DNA of 56,734 bases, the filler included, from Ionaspis alba (Eukaryota), in NCBI GenBank assembly GCA_964255285.1. It is 5 parts of 5 records of this genome, joined end to end, with 100 filler letters (N's around TTAATTAATTAA, not from the genome) between each part and the next. Parts side by side here need not be neighbours in the genome. Positions count along the whole stretch, not along the records: positions 34,153 to 45,402 come from CAXUUL010000563.1; positions 45,503 to 56,734 come from CAXUUL010000564.1; 3 more parts are not named here. One strand, given 5' to 3'. Shown piece after piece: positions 38,563-50,604 of this stretch; position 1 is the first letter of the stretch, and each line of letters starts with the position of its first letter. The translations under genes and the position numbers were made by a program. The notes below the pieces were generated by a model. It was given only the letters and a program-made list of their open reading frames with translations, did no database searches and was not told the origin of the DNA.

Positions 38563-39817
38563 ATGTCGTCAAGTAAGCACATTCGCTCCCATTGTTGTCT
38601 TGATATAAAGGCGCATACTAACATTGACTGCGTTTCCAGACAAAGCTGTCCCACTCACTTGCCATGGACATTCCCGACCGGTCACGCACTTGAATTTCTC
38701 CCCAATTGTGCAGGATGACCAATACTACCTAATATCTGCCTGTAAAGGTAAATGCACACTGGCTGGGGACAGTCTGAGCTGTTGGTTAATCAGAACAATA
38801 GACAACAATCCCATGTTGCGCGACGGTATCACTGGGGACTGGTATGACTTGCCACATCCATAATTACTTTGCGTCACTCATAGTCTTAGGATCGGAACCT
38901 TTATTGGCCACAAAGGTGCGGTCTGGCAGAGCCGACTCTCAAGCGACGCACAGCATGCTGCAACGGGGTCAGCTGATTTTACAGCGTGAGTTATCCCAGC
39001 AATGTCTGCTGTAAAAGGATAGTTGGTCCTAATCTATCATCTCTCCCATAGAAAGATCTGGGACACTCACAGTGGTGAATGTCTGTCAACTTTGCAGCAT
39101 TCCCATATCGTTCGGGCTGTCGCTTTCCCTCGGGGTCCTAACCCGCAACTACTTGCGACAGGAGGTTTTGAAAAGAAGCTCCGTATCTTTGACATGTCAC
39201 GGACCACGCCAGAGTCCAGCAGCAATTCATCGTCACCAGTCGAGGGCGGGTCATCCAGCACATCGAGCACCCCAAGCTTTGAGCTGGGCCCAGGAATCCA
39301 TGGCGGTACAATCAAGTCGATTGTGTGGGGCACGGAATTCAATGTGATCATTACTGCTGCCGACGACAAAGTTGTTCGATGGTGGGACATGCGCGCTCGT
39401 GCTCCGATCACAACCTTCCAGCTTGATGGCCAACTTGGTACCTGCGAGCTCAATACCCTCTCTACTGCGCAACATTTCAGCAACTCTGTTCTCTCAGTAG
39501 CCGCTGGCAAGAACGCTTACTTTTTCGATGGAAAGACACCTGGTCAACTCATTAAGGTCGTGAAGACTCCCCATGAGATTGCCTCTGTCGCATTTAACAT
39601 TGAGGCACGAAAATTCGTCGTGGGTGGAAATAGCGACACTTGGGTCCGTGTTTACGATTTCGATACCGAAAGGGAGTTGGATGTGCATAAAGGTCACCAT
39701 GGTCCGGTGTGGAGCACTAATTTCTCCCCCGACGGAAAGCTCTATGCGACCGGTAGTGAAGATGGAACGATTAAGCTGTGGAAATTCTGTCAAGATGCAT
39801 ATGGGCTCTGGAAATAG
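38563..39817 (+). CDS. STRAP: STRAP/UNRIP WD40 protein (serine-threonine kinase receptor-associated protein), 5 exons
   Basis: [42 protein letters not shown] and KGHHGPVW..FSPDGKLYATGSEDGTIKLW; four canonical introns. Confidence 0.92.
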
Positions 39818-40633
39818 TATGACGAACGTGTTTTGCTGCGTGCATTTGGGAGGACATTTGTATGTTTCTATGCCCTGATGATACCCTACACAGTGAGAAA
39901 TTGCATGTCACTTTATGGTGACGTGCATTTGCATTCTAATAGCCTGCATTCACCGAATCGGAAAATTGAGCCCAAATAGCGAAACTAGACAAGTATCAAT
40001 ACATCTTTAATGTCCCACTGTCTGGAAACCATAACCAATGCTGCTCTCGAAGGGGTTGAATTGCATTGCGACTGCATTGTGACTCTTGTATAAATAATGC
40101 AGGGGAAGGCCAAGCTCTCCGGACTTCTGGGGACGCTAGCCCACATGTGACGATAATGCAAGTCAACGGCGTGCTATTGTAATCATCATTCGGGGGAAGC
40201 TTCAATTGCCACTGTTAGACCTTAGGAGTCTCATACAAACAGCTGTGGTAAGACATCGATCATCAGCTCCAAGATACGACCATCTAGTCTCCTGCTTTTC
40301 CACCAGAAATACTGAGCAGGTGGACTGTGCAGTGGGGACGAGGTACCCTTCAGCACATCCACGCTTGTGCGGGTCCCTGGCAGCTACTGCATCTATTGTT
40401 TTTAGTATCGAGACAGCGGTAGAAACGGAGGCCGTGACTACATCTTCTTGCTGAGAGGTGAAGCAACCCCTTTGGCCTTTAGATGTACCTCTGACTCTTG
40501 CTCACTATTCTCGCTAGTAGCAAGCTTTGCATTAGAAGGATAATTGGGAACCTTTTTCAGTGCTCAACATTGATTGCGGATGGATGTGTCGCTGGCATAT
40601 GAAGGAGGAAAAATAGTCGTATACCCAAAGAAA

Positions 40634-42757
40634 ATGTCCGCAGCCGTGATGGGTATGGCTCTCTAATCATCTTGCTTTCACGGTTTTCTCGACACCCCAA
40701 TACTTTAACACTATCATCTGGTCTATCAAGCCCACTCACTTGATCTACTTGAGTATCTCCTTCCACCACCGCCTGCATTCCATGTACACTCACACCTGAG
40801 CAACCCTTTCTCCAAGATGTGGAAGTGGTTAAGGAACCTGCTGACTGGAGCATGTGCTGAACCTGCAGGAACTCCATATTCCCCACCTTCGCCAGTGGGC
40901 CACTCATCCGACACTACTTCTCCAATATATCCCGATAGACCTATTCGACCACTGCCCAAGAGACCGCTGAGATCTCGACTGTCTCCTGAAGTCGCAGAGA
41001 CCATTCGTTACCCCCCTGCTCCGGCAGTAACAAGACCGCTGTTCTATCTTCCCTACAACGAGCCTTCATACTATGGAAACGGTGCAGCCACAAATTCTGA
41101 GGTAGCAGATATTGATAGAGCTCTGATTGAGGCACAGCAACTTTGCAAAGGCGATGCTAAGGATGAGTACCAGTTCAAGGGCAACGAGATGGAAAGTGAT
41201 GAGGAGGAAGGGCTTGGAATTATACGCCGCTACGAGAGCCAACAGCGTCAAGCTATGCTCTCATCTCCCAATAGAGTGTATGCTAATGGAAATGGCCGGA
41301 ACCACGATCCACTATCCCAGTCTACGGTCTCATCAAATGATTCTATGGATGGGTATGATTCGTTCGAGAACACAAACAACAAGAAGAAGCGCAAAATACC
41401 CACATCTGGTATGCTAGGGAACCATCACTCGTCCTTGTCGGCTGAGATGGCCAACATGGGCATCAATTCTGCGCGGGAGGGTGATCTGGCTCATGTCAGC
41501 CATGATGGAGGTGTTGGACAATATTATGGAACTGGGAGTTCAGCCGTACCTGCAGCTATGGCTGGCACTGGAATATCTGGAGCTGGTCGAGGTCGATATG
41601 GGCGATCCGGGAGACGTGATGCAAGTGGTAGAAGTCCTCTAGGCCTTTCGGTGAATGGTTCGAACGCATGGCAAAGTGGTCGTCATTCTGGAAGTCGACG
41701 CGAGTACACACCGACAGTCTCACTGAAAGGTACTACTGTTCTCGAATGTTTCAGATAGGGCCAAGACTAACATAAAGTGAAACAAGGTCGTGAACAATCA
41801 TCTGACCACGGCATCATTTCAGCAGCTATCGCAGAAGCAGCGGCACTTCCCGCAACACCACCAAAGGGACAAGAGAATGTCAGCTTGTTGGAGCAACAGC
41901 CAGCAAAGAACACTACTCCAGCAAAGACTCAGTTCACCTTCACATGCGAGTCTGATACTTCAAAGGGAATGGTGTGGCCTGGTGAACAGAACCCACCCGC
42001 TCCATTGTATTACATGCCCACACCGCCAGCTCCCTCCCAACCTGCCTCGGCTCAGATTCGAGGTCAGAAAGGATTCAGCACACAAGGAACTCAGACCAGT
42101 CCCACTATGGCAGGACAGTCCAACCAAAATGGCATTCCACAGACAGGGACAAGCCAACAAGACCGGCCGGTAAGGAAACCAAGACGTCCTCCAGGAAAGC
42201 GCTATGCAATGGCTGCACGAGAGCGCCGACTACAGCAAGAGTACAATAACTATCACCATCCGCCGAGAGATGAGGATATCTGGATATGTGAGTTTTGCGA
42301 ATACGAGAGCATTTTCGGTATCCCCCCCGAGGCTTTGATTCGCCAATACGAGATCAAGGACCGTCGTGAGCGCAAGCGTCTCGCTGAGAAGCGGCGTTTA
42401 CTTGAGAAGGCGAAGATGAAAGGAAGGAAAGGCAAAAAAGGCAATAAGAATTCAGCCAAGAATTCCACCTCGGCGAGTCAAGCTCAGCAAGCCGTTGGAC
42501 AACCGAATTATTCTCATCGGCCTGAAGATCAGCCATCCGTTCAGAACCATGGCACTCAGATTGACGAATACTTCGGTGACGATTACGTCGATGATCCTAT
42601 GCCCATGCCAACTCCGCCACTGCAAGCGCCTACCAAAATTCCGCAGCCCATCGGTCAGCAATACGCTCAGAGCACTCGCACAGCTTACGGCAATGGCACT
42701 TCCCAGGGAAATGGTACTGCTACCGCTCAAGGTAGTCGAGCGGGCCGTAGTGCCTGA
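40634..42757 (+). CDS. Conserved fungal protein of unknown function with C-terminal WICEFCEYESIFG motif, 3 exons (alternative start at 40817)
   Basis: SPIYPDRPIRPLPKR, FENTNNKKKRKIP, TQFTFTCESD and WICEFCEYESIFGIPPEALIRQYEIKDR. Introns 40653-40868 and ~41730-41786. Confidence 0.8.
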
Positions 42758-43509
42758 TGGCGGATCAGTATGGGGTGTGTCATACTGATCTTTTTCTATT
42801 GGAGCGGGGGATTGATTTGTCACCCTGGTCAGCACTTTCCCAGTCGGACAGCCACGCCGCACCTAAGCTGTTGCTCGCCTCGGCTGTTTTGAAGAGGCCT
42901 TATCAGGAAGAAGCAGCAACAGCAATACCTGTTGGTTGGTAGGTGGCCCAAAAAGGCCAAAAGACGCCCGCTCCACTTTCCCTTCTGTACACTCATTTCG
43001 AATACAGCATGAACGCTACACAGCATAGCCTTGGCGTCCCCTCGTCTCTCATCTGCACATACTAGCAACATACTTAACACGGCTGCTCTTTACAGGAACG
43101 TCGCCACCGATCTGTCGCATGCCTCACATTCCTTTCCTTTCGCTGATTGTATATTCCACTCCCCTCCCCTTGTCTTTGCTTGCGCTGTGCATCAGTCCGT
43201 CGAACGGATGAAGGTCAAGCACTTAGCAAGAACGCAGAGCCTTGTTTGTAATTAGTCGAATAAAGCATCTAGCAACACCCCATTCCTGCGTATAATATTG
43301 TGATAAAGTATAATTTTCCTTGTTCACTTCCTGCCTGATACCTGCATCTCTTCCGTCAACTCTCATGAGAGCAATCAACTAAGACTCTGCACAGAGCGAA
43401 TCATTTTGCACCATGTCCTAGTATTTGGTGAGGCCCGTCTACCTCAATTTCAATCCTATAACCCGTTCGCTATCTCAATACTTCGACTACCTTTACCCAT
43501 CTCTCCGCA

Positions 43510-45358
43510 TTACCAGCTTTCCCATACTACTGCCGGCAGTACGCGTCTCATAATCCACCAATGTCCTAGTGCACTCTGTTCTTGATACCTTTCCAGCAAG
43601 CCTTTTCGTCTGCTAATACCCATGGCCTCCATCCAACCCATCCAGCTTTCCTCGTCTTCGGCTTTGCTTTCAGTTTCTCGTTCGCTCATAAATGTCTCGA
43701 TGGGTACCTCATGCTTTGGCAGCAAATAGTGCTTCCGCGCCAGACTTCCTAGAGTGTCCGCATCTGTGGGTTCGCGGAAGGTGAATGCCTCGGTGGTCTT
43801 CCTGCAGAATATGACGAGATTAGTGAAATCTTGCACTACGGGAGAGGAGGAGGGCGTGTCGAATAAGGGCGCTTCCTCCTCCCGGAAGAGACGGCAGGAG
43901 GGGAAGATTGTGGTGATTCTTCGCACGACGAGAGCTGCAGAGGGAAGGGTGAGGTCGCCTGCATAGTTCTACTTATGTCAATACCTGTAGTCCTCACAGC
44001 TTCGGTCGGAGACACGTACAATTGCAATCACACCATCCGGCTTGAGTAGCTGATCCAGGCCCTCGATGAAGTCCCGCGTGAACAGGGCAGCTGGCTCGGC
44101 ACCACCGGTGAACACGTCATGAATGATGTACGAGTAAGATGGAGCGGACTTTGCTGTTATGGCTGTAGCAACGTAGGTTAAGGCATCGCCAATGATAGCC
44201 GTGTGGTTCGAGGGTAGATTGAAGAATTGGGTCGCGAAGGCGTGGACAACGGGATCGATTTCGAGAACGGTGGTTGCGATGCCATGGGCTATCAAAGCCG
44301 TTGGTGTCGTACCGATGCCAAGACCACTAGTAAGGGAAAGTCAGCAAAGGGCTCGTCCCGAAAAGAGAAGAGAAGCTGGTAGGCGTGTACAAGTGGGACG
44401 GTAGGCTTACATGACAAGAGCATTTGTCTTGCTGTCGGGGATGCGAAGCTTCTGTTTCGTAATCTCGGTCTCGACTAGCCTGACGGCCTCAAGCATAACG
44501 AAGATGGAGTAAATTGGCTCTTTGACTCTGCTGGGATAAGTCTGTGGCACGGTCCAGTCACCACCAAGAAGGCTGTGATCGCAACGAAGGACCCTAAATT
44601 CGTCCTTGAGGTTCTCGAGAACAGAGATATAGCCTGTGAGGGATTCTTGGCGAGCAAGGAGCGAGTAGTTCTGCATATGGAGAGTTGTGTTTAGTCTAGT
44701 GGTTGTGCTGGATAAAGGGACATGCGGATTCAGAATCAGCGTGTGCAGGATTGGGATCGCAGCTAGAAGAAGAGTCTTGGAGGGGAGGAGGATGGCGTAG
44801 AGAAATGCTCCGGTGATCTGTAGGCCGACTCGGGTGAGGACGATGCTTGAGCCAACGTTGCGCCAGAGTAAGGAGGTAGAAAGAGTGCGCGCAATGCCAA
44901 AGAATAGATACGACGCAACACCAAGTCCGACATGTCGAATCCTACCGCTATGGCGTCCTGATGCGGTAGAAATCAATGCTGTTGCTGCAGCGTAATGAGA
45001 TACAAATATTACGGGAAAGCAACTCAAGAGTTCAATGATTGAAGGTCCGTACAAAGGCCCAAATTGCGCACTAAATTGATAAAGATAGTAATGAATAACG
45101 GGTACTGTGAAGGCGAGAACTGGCAGGTATTTTCCTATTGCACTCTTGAAGGTTTGCTTCACAAAGCCAGAACCTGTCCATGCCAAGACAAAAGCAGCGT
45201 TCACGATATAGATATGATTGATCGAAGGCCCTATGGAGCCAAACACAGGAGATTGATTGAGTTGAGATATAGGGGAATAGATTGCAGAGAGGAACAGGAG
45301 TGCTAATGTTCTCATAAAATCATACATTGCATGGGCAGATTGTGGTCGACCGAGCTGT
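43510..45358 (-). CDS. Membrane-bound spermidine/spermine-synthase-like SAM-dependent transferase (5' end uncertain)
   Basis: Multi-TM N-terminus, LARQESLTGYISVLE, RCDHSLLGG, ALVIGLGIGT, LEIDPVV, YIIHDVFTGG and LKPDGVIAINY. Two introns seen; the first exon probably lies in the gap. Confidence 0.85.
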
Positions 45359-45402
45359 GGCTATTGTTTTGGCTCAATGACGCGAAGGTACACGCTAGGC
45401 GT

Positions 45403-45502
45403 NNNNNNNNNNNNNNNNNNNNNNNNNNNNNNNNNNNNNNNNNNNNTTAATTAATTAANNNNNNNNNNNNNNNNNNNNNNNNNNNNNNNNNNNNNNNNNN
45501 NN
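45403..45502. other. Assembly gap with TTAATTAATTAA linker
   Basis: N-run with embedded linker. Confidence 0.95.
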
Positions 45503-45867
45503 TAGACTTTCAGGTTCGAGTGAACCTCGGAAGACGGTTGCCAAGAGCTTCCCCGGATTATGACGCCGTCGGGCCGTTGGACGGCCCAGAACTGACGCAT
45601 TGTGATTGAGCACCCCAGTGCTACACGACTAGAATTACGCCAGTAATACTTCGACCTGTCCCTCGACGGAGCCCAGAGGAAGCTCCGCATATGTTCAAGG
45701 CTCATTAGCAAGATATATCATGGTCAGACGCAGATTTACGGAAGCGGGCCACATATTATTCTATGATTTTTTCTGCTCTATGAATGCAAAGTATCTACTC
45801 ATGCGCTCCGACAATGATACATTCACTTCGACTCCGGCGCTACCTGGTCGCCTAACACTCAAAGCTA

Positions 45868-48618
45868 TTATGAGGAGCCTTCCTCCCATGCAGGGTTCTG
45901 GTCTCAAGTTAGACGTTATTCCAACAACGACATGATAGAGGACAAACTTACTTTTCTCAATATCACCAATCCCTCCAAATTACTCGCTAAGCTGATATAC
46001 TGCTCGTCCTCCAACTCGGCTCTCTCACCGTACGCCAACAAGACTGGCGTGCTCTGTGTTTGCCAGCCAGTGATAGTTTTTGGTCGTCCTGCCTGCCCAA
46101 CAACATCCACCGCTTGACCGACTCGAACGTTGACTTGTAGGGGCTTGAGTTCCTCATCAAGAGTGACCAGAAACCTTGGGTGCATGGCAGTGACGAGGAA
46201 GTAAAGGAGATAATGTGACTCGGCGAGAATAAACTGCTTGGCGTCGATCATAGAAACCAGAACAGTGAGTAGTCCAGCAGCGGCGACTTGAGACAGAACC
46301 TGCCGGTCGGTGTGGAAAGGGTTGAGAGACATAGTGCCTTTACCCATATGTAAAAGACCTTGGGCTATACGCACCATGAAAAGGGAGTTTTGATCGCGAT
46401 GGTAGTAGCTAGCGAGCTGGCGGAGGAGTTGTGCCAAGCGAGCATTGTTGGTACCAGCCCCGAGCATGCCCATTGCGAAAATGGCATTTATAGCCACGTC
46501 ATTGTCATTATCGTGGCTGTATCTCGAGAGCGTGTCGTAGACCTTCATCTGAGGATTGCTTGGGCTAATGAGACCCATAGCTAATGGTACTGCTTTTCGA
46601 ATGTTGGATTCTCCGTAGTGCATGAGATGTCCAAATTGACGGAGTACCATTTCCTGACCGACTTCCTCACCCATGGAGATGAGAGCTAAGCCAAGCACGG
46701 CATATGTCTGTAGAAGCTCATCGCCTTTCTTGTCTTCGCCGTCTTCGATGTGGTCGTTGCAGATATGCAAAAGCTCTTGCAGCTTCAGCACAGTTCCTGT
46801 ACCAGCCCAAGCGCAGACTTCAGCGAGTACTGCCGCAGGCTTAGCCATCGGATGATCGATAGCCTTCAGCGTCTCGAGAATGACCTCCACCTCTTCTTGC
46901 CGGCCGAAAAACAACAGCGCCAGGCCAAGTGACATAAATCTCGTCCATTTGTCCTTCAGCTGCTTTTGCCGATCGTCGTCAAGTAGTGTAGTGACAATCG
47001 CCTCGCTCACCCTGTCGTTCGCTGATCCGACGTATACGAGTCCCAGAGCCAAAGCCGCCATGGCAGAGATCTGCATCTCCAGAGAGGTATCCTCAATTAT
47101 AGGGAGAAGAACATCTAGCACGTCCTCCTTGCTCGTCCCAGCATAGGCGAGACCCAGCCCCATGATGGATGCCATTCTTATCGGCACGGACTTGCTGTGG
47201 ATGTGATCTTCGTCGTTCAGCAGAGCCAGCGCAGGCTCCGAATCTATCCTCACTCCCGAGTTCAGCATACCAATACCAAGACTGGCACCAGCCCTTATCT
47301 CCTCCTCAGACGCGGACATGTATTTGTCGATCTTGTCCAGACCCATTTCGACATCCCATTGCATGAGCATACCCATGGAAGCCGTAGTCGAGATCATGCC
47401 GTCCTCTTTGGTTTTCCAAATCCAGTTGGTCGTGTCGCCCTCGACAAGCATCATCTTGTCGCTACTGAATCCAGCGTTCGTGAACGCATTGACGAAAGCA
47501 CTGGCAAGATTATGCCTTGCCGACGATTCCACGTTGGTCAAACCTGCTGTCCGACTGCTCTCAAGATGAGTCTTGTAAATGTCCTCGGGCATCTTCGGTT
47601 CGAGGATATTCAACTCCTTGCCCAAGGACTTGAAATGGTCGGTCAGTTTGACATTGCTTAGACATTCCGCCACCTCCTGTTCTTCCTCCGTGTCTGTCGG
47701 TGGCTCAACCCATAGCTGCTGTCGTGCTATCAAAAATGCCATCTGCTTTTTCAGCACAATATCATCCGTCGAAGCCAGATCTTGGTTGATGAGATCGATG
47801 TCGTTCAGGCGGATGGCTAATACCATTGCCTGGGCTAATTTATTGTATTGTTTGTAAATGTCGTGGGCGGTTTTCAAGAACTGTTGGTCTTCGGGGTAGG
47901 TAAGGAGGTTGACCATAGTGACCATATAGAGGCAGACTCTGGGATATGTATTCTCGTCAAGGTATTGTGGTATCTCTTGTATCCTCTCCAGCTCGCTCAA
48001 AAGATCGACAGCATCCGCCTCGGCGTTGTGTTTGAGAAAATAAGGCACCAGTGTCCGTGCAAGATCGACAAGCTCTTGTGCCTCGACATCATCCGTCATC
48101 CGTCTTTGATAGTCTTGTCCTATCTCGAGTGCCAGATGTCGTATGTATTCATGGCCCCAGGAGCCTAAATCCTCGGATGGTGCAAGTAATCGGTATTTGA
48201 GAGTCTCCAGCTTCTCCTCATCACCATGTGTCATACCGAGAACAGATAAAACATCCGCCAAAGAGTCCTGGTAGCATTTGTTAACTCCAACTATATACCG
48301 ATCACGGTGTCTGCTCCTGATTACCTTGTCGGTTCCTGCTGTCCAGTCCTCGTATAACTTCGTCAAGTCATCGTAATGTGGTCGTAGGAATTTGAGGGGT
48401 TTGGGGACAGCGGTCATAGAAGAAGTGGAAGTCTTAATGAAATTTTTGATAGCTTCGAGGGCTGGCTTGTAAAGGCTCGTATCTGGCTCCTAATGTACAC
48501 GCAGTCAGCTTCGAATACATATAGCTCTTGGATGAGGTTGGTGGTTACCTTTAGTCGCTCTACCAGCATCTCAAGCTCTGACTTCAACTGCTGGTCCTCC
48601 TCATTAAGCTCTTCTGTA
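45868..48618 (-). CDS. RPN1: 26S proteasome regulatory base subunit Rpn1 (5' end in gap)
   Basis: EELNEEDQQLKSELEMLVERL, SMTAVPKPLKFLRPHY, PC repeats and VRVGQAVDVVGQAGRPKTITG. Last exon NPAWEEGSS*; in-frame intron 48324-48268. Confidence 0.96.
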
Positions 48619-48718
48619 NNNNNNNNNNNNNNNNNNNNNNNNNNNNNNNNNNNNNNNNNNNNNNNNNNNNNNNNNNNNNNNNNNNNNNNNNNNNNNNNNN
48701 NNNNNNNNNNNNNNNNNN
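48619..48718. other. Assembly gap (100 N) hiding the 5' ends of RPN1 and RIO2
   Basis: N-run between two divergent 5'-truncated genes. Confidence 0.95.
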
Positions 48719-48737
48719 AATTGATTCCGAGCACCAG

Positions 48738-49997
48738 GTAGAACAAGGCAGCAAAAATCACGAAGTCGTCCCCACACCTCTAATCGCCCAATTATCCGGT
48801 CTACGTGGCGGTAGCGGCGTTCATAAATGCATCTCGAATCTCGCAAAAGTAAATCTAATCGCCCGGGTCAAGAACGCAAAATGTATGCCTCTCTCCTTCC
48901 CTCAACCATCCGTGCAACCACTGACTTACTTTCTCACCACAGATGACGGCTACCGCCTCACATATGGTGGCCTTGATTACCTCGCCCTCCACACACACCT
49001 CAAGCGCTCCACCGTCTACTCTGTAGGGAATCAAATCGGGATCGGCAAAGAATCCGACATCTTCGTTGTGGCCTCCCCCGGTGGGGTTCAACACGTCCTC
49101 AAGATCCACCGCCTGGGGCGAATATCCTTCCGCACCGTGAAAGCAAATCGCGACTACCTGCGGCACCGGCACTCAGGGTCCTGGATGTACATGTCACGAC
49201 TAGCAGCACTGAAGGAATTCACATTCATGAAAGCATTGAAGGAGAACGGGTTCCGGGTGCCAGAGCCAGTGGCGCAGAGTAGGCATACGATTGTGATGGA
49301 GTTAGTGGACGCGTTTCCGTTGAGACAGATTGTGGAGGTGCCGGATCCGGCGGGGTTGTATGCGGAGTTGTTAGAGATGGTGGTGTCATTGGCAGGGGTG
49401 GGGCTGATTCATGGGGATTTTAACGAGTTCAATATCTTGATCAAGGAGGAGAAGGTGCAGAAGGGCAAGGAAGGGGAGGCACGGGGGAATGAGGCTGAGT
49501 CGGATGATAAAGAGCCGGAAGTGGTTCTGACGCCTGTTCTCATCGACTTTCCACAGATGGTGTCGATCGATCATCCTAACGCTGCTATGTACTTTGACCG
49601 GGACGTCAATTGCGTTAAACGATTCTTTGAAAGAAGGTTTCATTTCACAAGCGACGATCCAGGTCCTTTCTTTGCGGATGTCAGGAAAACCGTGGGTAAG
49701 AGTGGTGTGAAGCGGCTGGACGTTGAAGCTGAGGCGTCGGGATTCTCTAGGAAGATGGCGAAGGAGCTTGAGGCTTACATGAAAGAAGTGGGCGTGGATG
49801 GCGACGGTGGAGAGGGCAGGGAAAGCGGTAGCGAAGGGGAAGAGCCAGGAAGTGAAGATGATTCAGCAAAGAAGGTTGAAGACGAGGAGTCAGAGAAGAT
49901 TCATGCAAAATATTTCATGCCTCTTGGATTGCAAGGTCTACCACAAGACCAGAAGAGCCCCGACATAAGTAGTCTATCAATCAGTAATCAGACATGA
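48738..49997 (+). CDS. RIO2: Rio2 atypical kinase (40S maturation), 5' exon in gap
   Basis: VEQGSKNHEVVPT, then after an intron YDGYRLTYGGLDYLAL, IGIGKESDI, KIHRLGRISFR, IHGDFNEFN and IDFPQMVS. Confidence 0.95.
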   Translation, partial: VEQGSKNHEVVPTPLIAQLSGLRGGSGVHKCISNLAKVNLIARVKNAKCMPLSFPQPSVQPLTYFLTTDDGYRLTYGGLDYLALHTHLKRSTVYSVGNQIGIGKESDIFVVASPGGVQHVLKIHRLGRISFRTVKANRDYLRHRHSGSWMYMSRLAALKEFTFMKALKENGFRVPEPVAQSRHTIVMELVDAFPLRQIVEVPDPAGLYAELLEMVVSLAGVGLIHGDFNEFNILIKEEKVQKGKEGEARGNEAESDDKEPEVVLTPVLIDFPQMVSIDHPNAAMYFDRDVNCVKRFFERRFHFTSDDPGPFFADVRKTVGKSGVKRLDVEAEASGFSRKMAKELEAYMKEVGVDGDGGEGRESGSEGEEPGSEDDSAKKVEDEESEKIHAKYFMPLGLQGLPQDQKSPDISSLSISNQT

Positions 49998-50604
49998 AAG
50001 CTCAACTCATCACTCATGACACCCATCTGAGCTATCAAGAATCCTCTGATTCTTATCTGTCAAAATTAAAGAACGAGCCAGTGTGGAGCAATCGAAGAGC
50101 TAAAAAGCCCCATAGGGCCAAAATGCCACCAAAGAACAAACGCTCGAAAGAACGACTTCCGAGCAAAGTATCGAGAAGAAAGAGGCCGGCCAACCAGCAA
50201 AACACAGGAAAATATCGATATCACACAAACAGAACCGGGGACTTTTGAAGATGACTGCGCCAAACAAGAGCCACCGACGCTAAGATGCTGAAACTAGGCC
50301 ACCCATTCGTTGATCATATGCTTAACCCGCCTCAAACTTTCGCTAGAGCTTCCGTAAATACTGGCGACAATCTCTTCATTGGATGGAAGAGTGGGAGGGA
50401 TATGTTTGGAGCGTACAAATGGACAACGTGGAAGGTAGTTGGTCGGCTAGTCGATAGAAGGAAATGATGCTGGCGTAGGTATGAGTGGCTTGGCCAGAGA
50501 AATTGAAAGTTCCCATAAACATTGGAGTAGCTGATGTGTGGAAGAATTTTGAAAGCCCACCGGTATGACATATTCCCATTTGCTAGCATTGAAGTGTTCC
50601 GGCT

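Noticed and set aside
45571..45587. Hairpin GGGCCGT-TGG-ACGGCCC
   Set aside because: A single 7-bp stem is expected by chance in 57 kb and has no supporting context.
34950..49997. DOA1/STRAP/RPN1/RIO2 as a functional proteostasis cluster
   Set aside because: These are universal housekeeping genes with unrelated genes and an artificial join between them; no evidence of co-regulation.
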